Virus record (IMG/VR): IMGVR_UViG_3300021437_000025
Location: 1 to 55,205 of that record
Source of the DNA: a virus
Taxonomy: Duplodnaviria; Caudoviricetes
DNA length: 55,205 nt
Reading direction: 5' to 3' (one strand)
Shown here piece after piece: positions 45,952-54,348 of this stretch. The position numbers were made by a program, and so were the translations under genes. The notes beneath the pieces were generated by a model, which was not told the DNA's origin, searched no databases, and saw only the letters and a list, made by a program, of their open reading frames with translations. Each line of letters starts with the position of its first letter. Within the stretch, counting starts at the first letter, position 1.

Positions 45952-46203
45952 TCACGATTCCTCACCGTTTCCGTCACTTCCAATGCCATGCCCGCGCTGT
46001 AGACTTGATCGCAACATAAACATCCGGCCGCGCATCAGTTCAATCACTACATCGCGCAGCAGTTCGGAGGTCGTCATCCCATGCAGATTGGCGTAGGTCA
46101 CGAAGTCATCCTTGATCTCTGGCGGCACATCCGTCGTCAGCCGCTCTGTACACTTACCGAGCGGGCTGGAATTGGCTGGTCGGGAGAATTCAGGCATTAC
46201 CAT
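45952..46203 (-). CDS. ribbon-helix-helix DNA-binding protein (CII position)
   Basis: LGKCTERL...VP...K.........GMT.SELLR motif. Confidence 0.65.
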   Translation of the reverse strand: MVMPEFSRPANSSPLGKCTERLTTDVPPEIKDDFVTYANLHGMTTSELLRDVVIELMRGRMFMLRSSLQRGHGIGSDGNGEES

Positions 46204-46539
46204 CTTTTGCGGGAAATAAAAAAAGGCCCGGACAAAAAGGGGAACCGGGCCACGAGGGTTACAACGGAGGAGAACATCATGCACAACAAACTAATTCCGC
46301 GCTCAGCCGCAGCCACAGGCGGTTTGTACCGCTTGATTAGACGCGCCGGTTGTGCGGCGGGTGCTGCGTGGTATGAGCCTGAGCGTCTAACTCCATTCGG
46401 AGGAGGATTAACTGAACGAGTGCTCATGGCTGGCGCGGAAATTGGGAGGGCTACTTTCGGCCACGGCTGGGAATTTCGAGAGGCCGTTTTGTATCTGCCT
46501 TCATACCATCCATGCTGTACGATTTCGCCCATATTCATT

Positions 46540-46734
46540 TCATGCGGTTTTTCTTGGAATTTTACTTAGTAGCAAACGATGGAGTTTTTCAACATGAGTG
46601 ACGCCTGGATTTGGAATGTCGCCGGAAAGTACCTTCTGATACCAACGGAAGGAAAGGCCAATTTCCGCCTTGATTTCTTCTGGCGTCAAATCGACTGTTT
46701 TTGCCAATCGATGGATTTCATCCAATATGCTCAT
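46540..46734 (-). CDS. Cro-like HTH protein
   Basis: EI...IGLS..W..K...G.I.NPGV..VE.L motif; divergent from cI. Confidence 0.8.
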   Translation of the reverse strand: MSILDEIHRLAKTVDLTPEEIKAEIGLSFRWYQKVLSGDIPNPGVTHVEKLHRLLLSKIPRKTA

Positions 46735-46827
46735 AGCGAAAAGTATGAACGATAATTCGCATAATGTCAAGAATTTTTATTCGCTCCTCGAACCATATAT
46801 CGCATTTTGCGGCTTATCATTCGTGGC
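46735..46827. promoter_or_regulatory. immunity switch: pR, operators and pRM-like -10
   Basis: Minus strand TTGACA, 17 bp, CATACT; operator boxes GAACGATAATTCGCA (46747-46761) and GAACCATATATCGCA (46790-46804); plus-strand TATCAT at 46815-46820. Confidence 0.8.
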
Positions 46828-47196
46828 ATGAAAACCCGCGTACTGCCATCAAAGACAGTCATTGCTAACCTGAAAATGCTGCTAAAGACAACCGGCTGGA
46901 GCTGCCGCGAACTCGCGCGGCGCGCAAAAGGCAAGGTTTCAGATCGGCATATCGGTAAAATTCTCGCCGGAGATTCGATTGCCACAGTAGATGTTCTTGA
47001 CTTTATTGCTGAGCCTTTCGGGCTAACGGCGTGGAACATGATCCAACCAGGGTTGCAACTAGAGATGGCAAAGAACGGGAAATTAGAGAAACTGATGGCC
47101 AATTATCACGGCGCGAGCGACGCTGTCAGGAAATATATTGATGAGGTTGCAGAGCGTGCATCAAAACCGGAGATGCAACAAATATCATCGAAGTGA
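46828..47196 (+). CDS. CI-like XRE repressor without a peptidase domain
   Basis: NLK.L....GWS..ELARR....VS...I..I..G....TVD.L..IA..FG motif. Confidence 0.85.
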   Translation: MKTRVLPSKTVIANLKMLLKTTGWSCRELARRAKGKVSDRHIGKILAGDSIATVDVLDFIAEPFGLTAWNMIQPGLQLEMAKNGKLEKLMANYHGASDAVRKYIDEVAERASKPEMQQISSK

Positions 47197-47208
47197 GGAA
47201 AAATACTT

Positions 47209-47385
47209 ATGAAACAAATCATTATGGTGGTATTGATGTGGGTGGTTATTGGTGTTGCATTTGCCCATGAACCAGAGCAGTCTATGCCAGCAGATCAAGC
47301 ATGCCCAATGATGGTGAAAGACAAGGCCGGGAAGGATATTGTCGCTGGCCAAGGTTGCTGCTCTCATCACCAGGGCGTGTCGTGA
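47209..47385 (+). pseudogene. small exported Cys/His protein, apparently truncated
   Basis: Signal peptide, then GCCSHHQGV followed by S and a TGA stop. Confidence 0.45.
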
Positions 47386-47526
47386 TGTCCATGTAACGGA
47401 ATACCCATGCCAGGACGATTGCAACACAGATCACTATCCATACGACGGTCGATTTTTTAGGGAATTATATACTTGACTCCCTCGCTGTTTTAGGTGATAA
47501 TCCGTCCATGAAAAAGGAGCATTCCA

Positions 47527-48231
47527 ATGGACGATAAAGTCACAATCAGTTTCCTGCAAGTGGTGAAGATGTTCCCTGATCAAAAGACCGCCCGCAAGTA
47601 TCTCGAAGGCCGTCTCTGGCCGAAAGGGGCGAGGTGTCCTACCTGCGGCAAGGGCGAACGAATCACTGCCCGCAAAGACGGTTTTTACCGTTGCAACGCC
47701 TGTAAACTGGATTTCACGGTGCGCACGGGCACGATCTTCGAACGGTCCCATGTCGAACTGCATAAATGGCTCTACGCAATGTATCTGCTAGTAACTGCGC
47801 GCAAGGGCATCTCCTCCATGCAACTGTCGAAGGAACTGGATATTACGCAGAAGTCTGCGTGGTTCGTCCTACAACGGCTCCGGGAGGCGTGCGGCAATAA
47901 GCTGGAGGTCCTGCGCGGCATCGTGGAGGTGGACGAGACTTACATCGGCGGCAAAGAACGCGCCAAACATGGCAAGAAGAAGCTGCGGGCGGGACGTGGT
48001 ACGGTGGGTAAAACGGCAGTAATCGGGATGCGTGAGTGCGGTGGCCGCACTGTCGCCAAGCCTATAGAAGTCGCTGACACTGCCAACCTGCACAGCGCCG
48101 TACTCCAGCACAATGAGTTCACGTTCCGCTTGAACGATGGCAAGGTAAAGAGGCATACTTTAGCCCGTCTCGCCAGTTTCGTAGACGCGACCGTTGGGCG
48201 ACGGATCACATACGGGGAACTGACTGCATGA
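47527..48231 (+). pseudogene. IS1595 transposase with an internal in-frame deletion
   Basis: Zn ribbon, GTIFE.S and VEVDETYIGG are present; the TD..Y, VNH and HTN.IE block seen in the second copy is missing (HSAVLQH joins NEFTFR near 48110). Confidence 0.85.
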
Positions 48232-48386
48232 CGAACGGGCTGAACACGCTGAACCGGATTACAGATGTAGTCCTAGCTTATCATCCGCCCAAGAAAAACC
48301 GAAAAATCAAGCATCAGAAAGCTCGGAAAAACTGGAAAGGGCACCACAAAACACGACGGAAAGCCGCTCATGCACGGGCTACTTGA
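48228..48386 (+). CDS. small basic IS1595-associated peptide
   Basis: ATGA-coupled; MTNGLNTLNRITDVVLAYHPPKK...; 52 aa. Confidence 0.5.
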   Translation: MTNGLNTLNRITDVVLAYHPPKKNRKIKHQKARKNWKGHHKTRRKAAHARAT

Positions 48387-49278
48387 CCGCGAGTCACCAA
48401 ATACAGGTCGTTCCGTCTCTCCTATCTATCTCGACGAGTCATTGCCAGCATCATCGAAGGTCGTGCGTCTCAGAACGCGCCGAGTAAAGCGGATCGTCTT
48501 TGGCTGGTATGGCGGGAAATTCAGCCATCTAGACTGGCTGCTGCCCAAACTGCCCGAATGTCACCACTACTGCGAACCTTACTCGGGCTCGGCAGCGGTT
48601 CTCATTAATCGCCAGCCATCGCCAGTGGAGACGTACAACGATATAGACGGCGACGTGGTGAACTTCTTTAAGGTGCTCCGCGACGAGCCGGATGCGCTCT
48701 CTCGCGCCATTGCGCTGACACCATTCTCGCGTGAGGAATTTCATCGTGCGATCACCGACCCTACGGATGGCGCTACGGACCTTGAGATCGCACGGCGTTT
48801 TTACGTCAAGGCACGGCAGGCCCGCACTGGCCTCGCCCAGACTGCCACGCTAGGCCGCTGGGCCAACTGCAAGGACACCAGCCGTGCTGGAATGTCCGGC
48901 GTTGTCTCGCGCTGGCTAGGTGGCGTGGATGCGTTGCCGGAGATCGGTGGGCGACTGCTGCGCGTGCAGATCGAGAACCGTCCGGCAGTGGACGTGATTC
49001 GGCTATATGACAGCCGGGATACGCTGTTCTACTGTGACCCGCCCTATGTGCATACCACGCGGGGCGACTCGAAAGCTTACGGATTCGAGATGGACGAGAC
49101 AGAGCATCGAACCCTCGCTAAGACCGTAAACGCTTGTAAGGGCAAGGTGGCAGTCTCTGGCTATCGTTCCACGCTGTATGACAAGCTGTTCAAGGGATGG
49201 AGACGTTTCGACGCGCCGGAGAAAACGGTCCACAGCGTCAAGCAAACGAGGCAAGAGTGCCTCTGGATGAACTACTGA
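48370..49278 (+). CDS. D12-class DNA adenine methyltransferase
   Basis: WYGGK, EPY.GS, YNDID, FYCDPPY and E.LW.NY motifs; the true start may be further downstream. Confidence 0.93.
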   Translation: MHGLLDRESPNTGRSVSPIYLDESLPASSKVVRLRTRRVKRIVFGWYGGKFSHLDWLLPKLPECHHYCEPYSGSAAVLINRQPSPVETYNDIDGDVVNFFKVLRDEPDALSRAIALTPFSREEFHRAITDPTDGATDLEIARRFYVKARQARTGLAQTATLGRWANCKDTSRAGMSGVVSRWLGGVDALPEIGGRLLRVQIENRPAVDVIRLYDSRDTLFYCDPPYVHTTRGDSKAYGFEMDETEHRTLAKTVNACKGKVAVSGYRSTLYDKLFKGWRRFDAPEKTVHSVKQTRQECLWMNY

Positions 49279-49288
49279 ACTGCCCGGC

Positions 49289-50374
49289 ATGGCGATTGAC
49301 GTTGACTACAAGCGAGGCGCGGCAGACGTTGCCCGCTTATTCAATCTAGCCGAGGACGATTACCGGGCAAAAACGCTACTACCAGTCAGTGCCGAGGCCG
49401 TAGCTGCCGCCGAGACTCTGTTCGCAACCTCCGTGCAGTCCTACCGAGAGACCTTGCTTGGATGCGGTCTTGCACGCCTACAGAATCGGCGCATTAACAT
49501 CCGTTCGCCCTACGCGAACCAAGGTGCTGACTCTTTCAATGGGCGCAGTTTAGATGAGGTCGTAATTAATCGTTTCCTACAAGAGAAGGAAATCCCATCT
49601 GGCAAGGGGCCGTATCTCGCAGTATTCCGTCGCAGCGTGCGGTTCGTACCTGAGACAGCACAGGGCCTGCGGGATAAAGCTGGCTACACAGCGATGCTAT
49701 CTTACCTCAGCGAATTGGAAGCATGTACGGATGATGCTGGCGTGGAGCTTCTCATTCGCTTGCTGCTGTTCAAATTCGTTGAACTGCGCGACAAGGCACA
49801 GGTCGCAGTAGCGAAAATCGGACGCCTGAGCCTCGCGCAATACTCCGTGCTGATCGAGCAGCTTTTACAAACGCAGAGTGGTGGCTTACTGCCGGTCCTG
49901 CTGACAGTGGCTATGTTCCGCACGATCAAGGCGTGCTACAGCCTGCCATGGGAGATCGAATGGCAAGGGATCAACGTGGCTGACAAAGTCAGCGGTGCCG
50001 GGGGTGACATCACCATTCGGCGCGATGGCGCGATCTTTCTAGCCATCGAAGTGACGGAGCGTGTCGTTGACGGACCGCGAGTGGTCTCAACGTTCAACAC
50101 CAAGATCGTAAAGAACGCGATACCGGATTACTTATTTCTTACAACACAACCACCAGCGAGGGACGCGACCGAAGCGGCTGGACATTACTTTGCACAGGGC
50201 CATGAGATGAACTTTCTTGCCATGCGTGATTGGATTTGCAACGTGCTCGGCACCGTCGGCATGGCATGTCGGAAGCAATTCACCGACCAGTTTTTAGCCT
50301 TGCTTCAAGCCGAGGCCCCGGCGACTGTAAAGGTGCGCTGGAACGAGCTTATCAAGGGACTTTTTGGCTTGTAA
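49289..50374 (+). CDS. type II restriction endonuclease (SacI-like family)
   Basis: F.GRSLDE.VIN.FL and IN.AD...G..GDI......AIEV motifs; directly downstream of the methyltransferase. Confidence 0.75.
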   Translation: MAIDVDYKRGAADVARLFNLAEDDYRAKTLLPVSAEAVAAAETLFATSVQSYRETLLGCGLARLQNRRINIRSPYANQGADSFNGRSLDEVVINRFLQEKEIPSGKGPYLAVFRRSVRFVPETAQGLRDKAGYTAMLSYLSELEACTDDAGVELLIRLLLFKFVELRDKAQVAVAKIGRLSLAQYSVLIEQLLQTQSGGLLPVLLTVAMFRTIKACYSLPWEIEWQGINVADKVSGAGGDITIRRDGAIFLAIEVTERVVDGPRVVSTFNTKIVKNAIPDYLFLTTQPPARDATEAAGHYFAQGHEMNFLAMRDWICNVLGTVGMACRKQFTDQFLALLQAEAPATVKVRWNELIKGLFGL

Positions 50375-50396
50375 GGGAGTTAACTATATAATTCCC

Positions 50397-50801
50397 CAAA
50401 ATTTCACATCGTTCAGCGATGTGTTTTTGTTGCGGGTGAAGTAAATTCCCTTTATTTCTGGCATCCAGAATTACATCGCATAGGTCGGCAAGGATAGTAG
50501 CCTCATATCCAAATGCAGGCCGCCCACCACCGGGAGGAAAGAACCGAATAGGGCTTCTGATGCGCGCCGATAAGTCTTTTATTTCTAAGCCTTTATAAGC
50601 CAAAGAGTCCAATAAAGTCGCTACTCGCTGCTCGCCGACTTTTGAGCCACCACTAGAGGACATTCCAATGCCTGTTTGTAGGCCGCGCTGCGAAAGAACA
50701 CGGGTGCCATCCTCAAGAACATAGCAAGGGATTTCTATGTCTACAATTCGTAGTGGATGGTCGGCAGACCCATACTCAGCCTTGAGAATTTTATCGGTCA
50801 T
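50397..50801 (-). pseudogene. P63C-domain passenger gene truncated by the IS1595 terminal repeat
   Basis: IPCYVLEDG.RVLSQRG...ILADLCD...Q..IA..CEIL, after which the frame runs into the repeat (GNYIVNS). Confidence 0.75.
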
Positions 50802-51670
50802 GCGGAAGCACCTACAGCGCGAGCAATCGTCCTATTAAAAACATCTACCGTCTTGCGATGATTGAACCGATAGCTGAACTCGTTGAGATAGCTAGGCAAG
50901 TGTCTGAGACTGACCTTGTGATATTGCCCAACGATTCCCCGTTTCAGAAGTGCCCAGAACGATTCGATGCCATTTGTATGAATATCACCATCGACATACC
51001 AAAGCTGATGATTGATCGTGCGGTGATCCATAAAACGCTTGATACCTAAATAGCCCTTGTACTCGTCAGTAATAAGGACAGCGTTGTCTACGTCCACATT
51101 TTGACGGACTAATGCTGACAGACTCTTGGCGTTGAGCTTGTCTTTCTGAACTACTTTTGCTTTCACATTGCCGCCCCGCTCAACCATGCCAACGACAGGC
51201 GTTTTCTTAGTGCCTCGCCCGCGTTTATGGGGTTCACCGTCGCCGCCTTTGCGAGGTTTGCCGCCAACATAGGTTTCGTCCATTTCGACTATACCCTGAA
51301 GTAGTTGGCGTTGTTCGCCTTCGGCCATTGCTTTACGTATCTGCATACCCATGCGCCAAGCCGTGTTTTTGTTAACTTCGAGATCGCGTGCAAGCTGGCG
51401 TGCTGACAACCCCTTTTTAGCGTTAAGGACAATGGAAACAGCTAGAAGCCATTTTTGCAGAGGCAGGTGTGTATGATGGAAAATAGTCCGTACAGTAACG
51501 CTAAAAGTGGTCTTACAGGCGTTACAGTGGTGCCGCCGTTCCTTCGGCATGGGGCTGGAGTTGCCGATTGCGCCGCAATATGGACAAAACGGCTTCCCTT
51601 TCCATCGCACCGCCTCAAGATGGGATATACAATCAGCCTCGGTCGGGAATAGCTTATAAACCTGATTAAT
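50798..51670 (-). CDS. second IS1595 transposase (DDE intact; canonical start and left end missing)
   Basis: CPYC..CNAC, VEMDETY, ITDEY and HTNGIESFW motifs; homologous-looking sequence (QVYKLFPTEADC..HLE.VRW) extends upstream of GTG 51610 without an ATG. Confidence 0.85.
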   Translation of the reverse strand: MNQVYKLFPTEADCISHLEAVRWKGKPFCPYCGAIGNSSPMPKERRHHCNACKTTFSVTVRTIFHHTHLPLQKWLLAVSIVLNAKKGLSARQLARDLEVNKNTAWRMGMQIRKAMAEGEQRQLLQGIVEMDETYVGGKPRKGGDGEPHKRGRGTKKTPVVGMVERGGNVKAKVVQKDKLNAKSLSALVRQNVDVDNAVLITDEYKGYLGIKRFMDHRTINHQLWYVDGDIHTNGIESFWALLKRGIVGQYHKVSLRHLPSYLNEFSYRFNHRKTVDVFNRTIARAVGASA

Positions 51671-51704
51671 TATAATTATGGTATAACTTATGCTAGTAGC
51701 ATTG

Positions 51705-51728
51705 GCCCGCTTCGGCGGGTTTAATTTT
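51705..51728 (+). terminator. Rho-independent terminator with UUCG loop
   Basis: GCCCGC-TTCG-GCGGGT followed by TTAATTTT. Confidence 0.75.
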
Positions 51729-51794
51729 GCCCTATGTGCGAATTATCGTTCTTGACATTATGCGAATTATCGTTCATAATTTATAACATGATCA
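51716..51794 (+). promoter_or_regulatory. early (pL-like) promoter with two operators
   Basis: TGCGAATTATCGTTC at 51737-51751 and 51761-51775; TTGACA 51752-51757; CATAAT 51775-51780; ATG at 51788. Confidence 0.88.
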
Positions 51795-52045
51795 TCGCAG
51801 GAACAGTTTATACAGACGAAGGATGGCATGCAGTGATCGCCAAGGTGGGGCGGCTGCACATAAAGGCCGTGGTTATTGATTATCCAATCCGCATAATCAA
51901 GCTGCCAGCGACTGCACAGATCAATTATTTTCACAATCCGTTATTAACAGTTCGCAAGGCCGCCAAGAAGATGCTCCTCTTTAGTCGGTCTCACGGCATT
52001 ACGAAAAGCGCGCGGCGCATCCTCAAGGAGGCGCTTATCCCATGA
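51788..52045 (+). CDS. first early gene, hypothetical, probably leaderless
   Basis: ATG 7 nt after the -10; basic 85-aa ORF. Confidence 0.65.
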   Translation: MIIAGTVYTDEGWHAVIAKVGRLHIKAVVIDYPIRIIKLPATAQINYFHNPLLTVRKAAKKMLLFSRSHGITKSARRILKEALIP

Positions 52046-52233
52046 AGATCACATTATCGCCATTGTGCCTGGTCTCGGCGGTAAAAGCCGCGATAGAGAA
52101 CTCCGGACACGAACTCCTGAATGACGGCCACGGCGACTTCATTCTTGTGCCCAAGGGCCATAAGCCCATCGCCGATTTTCACCAGCGGCCGACACGCTCA
52201 ACTACCATCACTAACACTCCGGAGGCCACATGA
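52042..52233 (+). CDS. hypothetical early protein
   Basis: GGAGG RBS; ATGA coupling. Confidence 0.6.
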   Translation: MKITLSPLCLVSAVKAAIENSGHELLNDGHGDFILVPKGHKPIADFHQRPTRSTTITNTPEAT

Positions 52234-52268
52234 CGCGGACGTGCCTCGGAAGTCGTAAGGAAGGTGGT

Positions 52269-52586
52269 ATGAAAAAAGAATCTCGCGCACAACTTATCAA
52301 GCGCCTGGAAAAAACAGGCCGCTGGATTGTGCGTATATCAACTGGCGTTGGTTACAATGATTTCAAATGGCAACCAATAGATGAGAAGAATTTCGGCGGC
52401 TCCCTCGATGTCCGTGGCTGTGACCTCAAGGGCGTGAAGCTGCCGGCGTCGGTGGGCGGCTCCCTCGATGTCCGTGGCTGTGACCTCAAGGGCGTGAAGC
52501 TGCCGGGGTCGGTGGGCGGCTCCCTCGATGTCCGTGGCTGCGACCTCAAGGGCGTGAAGCTGCCGGATTGTATGATCATCAGATGA
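52269..52586 (+). CDS. early protein with 20-aa LRR-like repeats
   Basis: GGSLDVRGCDLKGVKLP three times; AAGGTGG upstream of the ATG. Confidence 0.7.
   Translation: MKKESRAQLIKRLEKTGRWIVRISTGVGYNDFKWQPIDEKNFGGSLDVRGCDLKGVKLPASVGGSLDVRGCDLKGVKLPGSVGGSLDVRGCDLKGVKLPDCMIIR
52395..52566. repeat. 60-bp tandem repeat, about 2.9 copies
   Basis: Near-identical units start at 52395, 52455 and 52515. Confidence 0.95.
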
Positions 52587-52750
52587 ACAATTGTTACGCA
52601 GATCTCGTCGATGACGACGAGCGTGAGGAGCGGATTGCCGAATATTTGCATCGCAGGCGCTACGAAAAGGCCATGCGCCACGCCCCGGACTGCCGCGACC
52701 CTGCGCACCCAGGCTGCGAATACTGCGAACCAGAAAATTTCACCACGTAA
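52583..52750 (+). CDS. small Cys-rich early protein
   Basis: PDCRDP.HPGC..C motif. Confidence 0.65.
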   Translation: MNNCYADLVDDDEREERIAEYLHRRRYEKAMRHAPDCRDPAHPGCEYCEPENFTT

Positions 52751-52759
52751 GCAGGAGGC

Positions 52760-53734
52760 TTGATGAGTAGAGAGCTCGCCACCATCGGAAAATTTCTCGA
52801 AGACTATAAGTCGCAGATCACCGCCGCGCTGCCGTCGCATTTGAACGCCGACCGCATGGTCCGGCTGGCATTGACGGCGTTCAGCCAGAACAAGGCGTTG
52901 TTGAAGTGTGACCCCACCAGCGTATTTGGTGCTGTCGTCATTGCTTCACAACTTGGTCTTGAGATCGGTGTCGCCGGTCATGGCTTCTTGGTACCGTACA
53001 AAAACAGGGCGCAATTCGTCCCCGGCTGGCAGGGTCTTGTCGATCTCGTCTCGCGGTCGGGCCGCGGAACGGTTTGGACGGGCGGTGTATTCGAGGGCGA
53101 TGATTTCAGTTTTGCGCTAGGTGATTCACCATTCGTCAAGCATCTTCCCCGAGGCGAAGATGACCCGGAAAAACTGATACACACCTACGCCGTCGGCAGG
53201 CCCAAGGGCAGCGAATGGCCGATTATCGAGGTCTGGCCGATTGCGCGCGTCTGGCGCCACCGCGACAAGCACAACAAGGTCGGCGACGACCACTACAGCT
53301 TCAAGCACCCGGAGATGTACGCCCGCAAGGTGCCGTTGTTGCAGGTCATCAAGTACATGCCGAAGTCCATCGAATTGTCGAACGCCCTGGCGCTGGAAGA
53401 AGCTGCGGAAACCGGACATAACCCAACGATCATGGGCGATTTCGTCGTCGTCGAGAAGGAAGATAACGGCGATGGCGAAGGCAGCGGCGCCTGCATCGAA
53501 GGACCGAAGTCGAAATCGGGAGCCGCGCCAGCGGCGGCGGAGGCCGACAGACCGCCGGCGCAAGACCGCCTGTTGACCGACGGCGAACGCAATCACCTGC
53601 GCGGCAAGATGGAGGCTGCCGCGCTGACCGAAGCCGACCTCAAGGGCAAATTCGGCGTCGGTCTGGATGGCATAACAAAATCGCAGTTTGAGGATGTCCG
53701 TAGGTGGGCAGCCAACCCGGCGAAGACCGACTGA
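52760..53734 (+). CDS. recT: RecT-family single-strand annealing recombinase
   Basis: I..ALP.HL..DRM.R.AL, ASQLGLE, FLVPY, AQF.PGWQGLVDL..RSG and MY.RK...Q..KYMP.S.E motifs. Confidence 0.92.
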   Translation: MMSRELATIGKFLEDYKSQITAALPSHLNADRMVRLALTAFSQNKALLKCDPTSVFGAVVIASQLGLEIGVAGHGFLVPYKNRAQFVPGWQGLVDLVSRSGRGTVWTGGVFEGDDFSFALGDSPFVKHLPRGEDDPEKLIHTYAVGRPKGSEWPIIEVWPIARVWRHRDKHNKVGDDHYSFKHPEMYARKVPLLQVIKYMPKSIELSNALALEEAAETGHNPTIMGDFVVVEKEDNGDGEGSGACIEGPKSKSGAAPAAAEADRPPAQDRLLTDGERNHLRGKMEAAALTEADLKGKFGVGLDGITKSQFEDVRRWAANPAKTD

Positions 53735-54348
53735 TGGAACAACTGGCCTACATCGACATCAAACGCAGCTTCATGGCTGGCGCCGCCATCGGCTTGCAAC
53801 TGGCGGCCTACGAGGCGGCGGCGCGGTATGAACACGAGCCCCCAGGAGACCGACTGACATTTGATGAAGCCACCCATATCTATTATTGGGACGGTCAGCG
53901 CGTGCCCAACGTCACCAGCATAATCGGCGATCTCATCGATTACAGCATGGTTCCGGCGTATACGCTGGAAATCGCGCGACAGAAGGGTGTCGCCGTCCAT
54001 AAAATGATTGAGCTCGAAGCTAGGGGAGACCTCGACGAAGACAGTCTGCCGACGTGGATGCGGCCGGTTCTCGCCGAATGGCGTCGTTTCATCATTGAAA
54101 CAGGTTTTGTCGTCATCGCTTCTGAGCAGCGCGTCTACCACCCCAAGCTGGGTTACGCCGGCACTTATGATCTCAAGGGCAAATTTACGATCTTGAAGCT
54201 ACAGCATGGGAGACCGCCGGCGAGATTCGCCTTGAAGCTGCGCGAGAATGAGCCCTATCGCCTCGAACCCTATGACGACCCCAACGATTTCAACGTCTTC
54301 ACCGCCTGTCTAATCAGGCACAAATGGCAGGAGGTCAACCAATTATGA
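53704..54348 (+). CDS. PD-(D/E)XK exonuclease (RecT partner) with rearranged motif order
   Basis: All motifs present (LTFDE..H.Y, G..VH, SE..VY, YAGT.D, IDIK, QLAAY, R.AL.L), but IDIK/QLAAY come before LTFDE; start at GTG 53704 or ATG 53734. Confidence 0.8.
   Translation: MGSQPGEDRLMEQLAYIDIKRSFMAGAAIGLQLAAYEAAARYEHEPPGDRLTFDEATHIYYWDGQRVPNVTSIIGDLIDYSMVPAYTLEIARQKGVAVHKMIELEARGDLDEDSLPTWMRPVLAEWRRFIIETGFVVIASEQRVYHPKLGYAGTYDLKGKFTILKLQHGRPPARFALKLRENEPYRLEPYDDPNDFNVFTACLIRHKWQEVNQL

Larger units (their letters stand above)
47460..50396 (+). mobile_element. IS1595-family transporter IS carrying an R-M system
   Basis: 23-bp terminal inverted repeats: GGGAATTATATACTTGACTCCCT (47460-47482) and 50374-50396 (21/23 match); no target duplication seen. 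Confidence 0.88.

Noticed and set aside
46197-46569. ORFs on both strands, or a structured RNA, between cro and the RHH gene
   Set aside because: No recognisable motif or convincing fold by eye. The minus-strand 113-aa ORF may be real but I cannot support it.
49289-50374. Assigning GAGCTC (SacI) specificity
   Set aside because: Family resemblance does not fix the site, the partner is an adenine methyltransferase, and GAGCTC occurs several times in the genome.
52395-52566. 60-bp repeats as a CRISPR array
   Set aside because: The units are contiguous with no unique spacers, keep the reading frame, and no cas genes are present.
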